The notes under the pieces were generated by a model that saw nothing but the letters and a program-made list of their open reading frames with translations, ran no database searches and was not told the DNA's origin. A stretch of 62,688 bases of DNA, the filler included, from Catajapyx aquilonaris (lineage: Eukaryota): assembly GCA_000934665.2 (NCBI GenBank). It is 2 parts of 2 records of this genome, joined end to end, with 100 filler letters (N's around TTAATTAATTAA, not from the genome) between each part and the next. Parts side by side here need not be neighbours in the genome. Positions count along the whole stretch, not along the records: positions 31,406 to 62,688 come from KZ539166.1; 1 more part is not named here. One strand, given 5' to 3'. Each line of letters starts with the position of its first letter. The stretch's first letter is position 1. This document shows, one piece after another, positions 61,599 through 62,688 of the stretch. Position numbers and translations under genes: made by a program.

Positions 61599-62688
61599 TG
61601 CTATAGAGAAAAATACCGTAGCAATACTTATATTAAAGAGTCACCACAGCTGTGGACCTATCACCTATATGAACCTCTGCTCATCTATGATGGACAACGT
61701 ATAAGCTACATTATAATGATACAGATGGGTGAACCATCACCTGGACCATCTGCATGGATGGAGCATGGTGAAATAACTTTTGCCCTCACCTCCAAGTCCA
61801 ACGTTATCGTAATGACGGTACAATTTAAGGGATTCGTGATATGTGACGTTCTGACAATGTGGTTACTCTCTGGGTTCAAATTCGGTAACGTGTGTAGGCC
61901 TATCAAATTCAGGAAACGAAGAAAAATTATATGGATCATCCTAGTGATCCTAAATTAATCCTTTTACAACTGCATGATTTCACTGCATTTGCTTCTACTT
62001 TCATTAGAAATACGTCCCTGGACCAGTCACTTACCTTCGCCCCCCCAACCAATCCAATAATGGGGAATTATATTCTGATGAAGGCCATAGTGATGTGAGT
62101 ACCGACTCATCACCTCCAGAGGTCGGACAATAAGATGAAGTTCCTCAAACGCAGGGCGAATTCTAGAGTTGAGCCTGATGTTTGTTACGATCTTGTGGGG
62201 CAGCAGGGACGTGACCAACATCTATGACCAAGAGAGGAAGATCAACGGAGGGTTGCAGGCAGACTGGATCAACTTGCTGAGGAGGAATTTCATGCTCAAG
62301 ATATAGCGAGAGTGAGGGGCTACATTATGATATTGTACCATACGATATAATTATAAATAGTCGCCTAGGCAAGCAACATTTTTCATAAGAAAACTGCACT
62401 TAATGAGGAGAACACCAAACTTGGCATACATCATGCCCACACCTATTGTCAACGTTTAGGAAGGGGAGCCACCTGATACCTATCCCCAAAACAAAATGGC
62501 GGTCATGTTTCCAAAAATGGCCGCCTTAAAATTAATATTTCCTTCATTACCTGAATATATGCAAGTTAGGTGTCTAATTATATGTTTGTAAGGATGCTGG
62601 ATTCAATGAAAGGCTCTAAATCGTTGTCGGAAGTCCATAGAATGAGATATTAAACATGGCGATCAAAATGGCCGCCTTATAGCCTCAC

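Noticed and set aside
61452..62310. 168-aa ORF and nearby coding-like sequence
   Set aside because: Starts at TTG inside an inverted repeat, has stops nearby, and no splice model or recognisable domain could be supported.

Overview
Eukaryotic arthropod DNA, most likely an insect, in two blocks joined by an artificial 100-nt linker (44 N + TTAATTAATTAA + 44 N at 31306-31405), so the halves may not be neighbours in the genome. The left block (1-31305) is a head-to-tail tandem array of five + strand painless-type TRPA channel paralogs. Copy 1 shows only its large exon, copies 3 and 5 are intact three-exon genes, copy 2 is disabled by indels and a MITE, and copy 4 is a 5'- and 3'-truncated pseudogene. 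The copies look like sequence mosaics, and copy 5 has a tandemly expanded C-terminal heptad coiled coil. A two-exon orphan gene (Lys/Ser/Pro-rich with a Cys-rich hydrophobic tail) lies between copies 2 and 3. The right block holds a five-exon, minus-strand ITG-like neuropeptide (prohormone-3) precursor of 220 aa whose C-terminal peptide starts ITA rather than ITG; its promoter has TATA, CCAAT and CRE motifs. Non-coding DNA is rich in MITEs and foldback elements (Tc1/mariner, piggyBac, hAT, Transib-like and ISL2EU-like ends), plus a Helitron, tRNA-derived SINEs, a tRNA cloverleaf with a 14-nt anticodon loop, perfect palindromes and microsatellites. All calls were made by eye without database searches.
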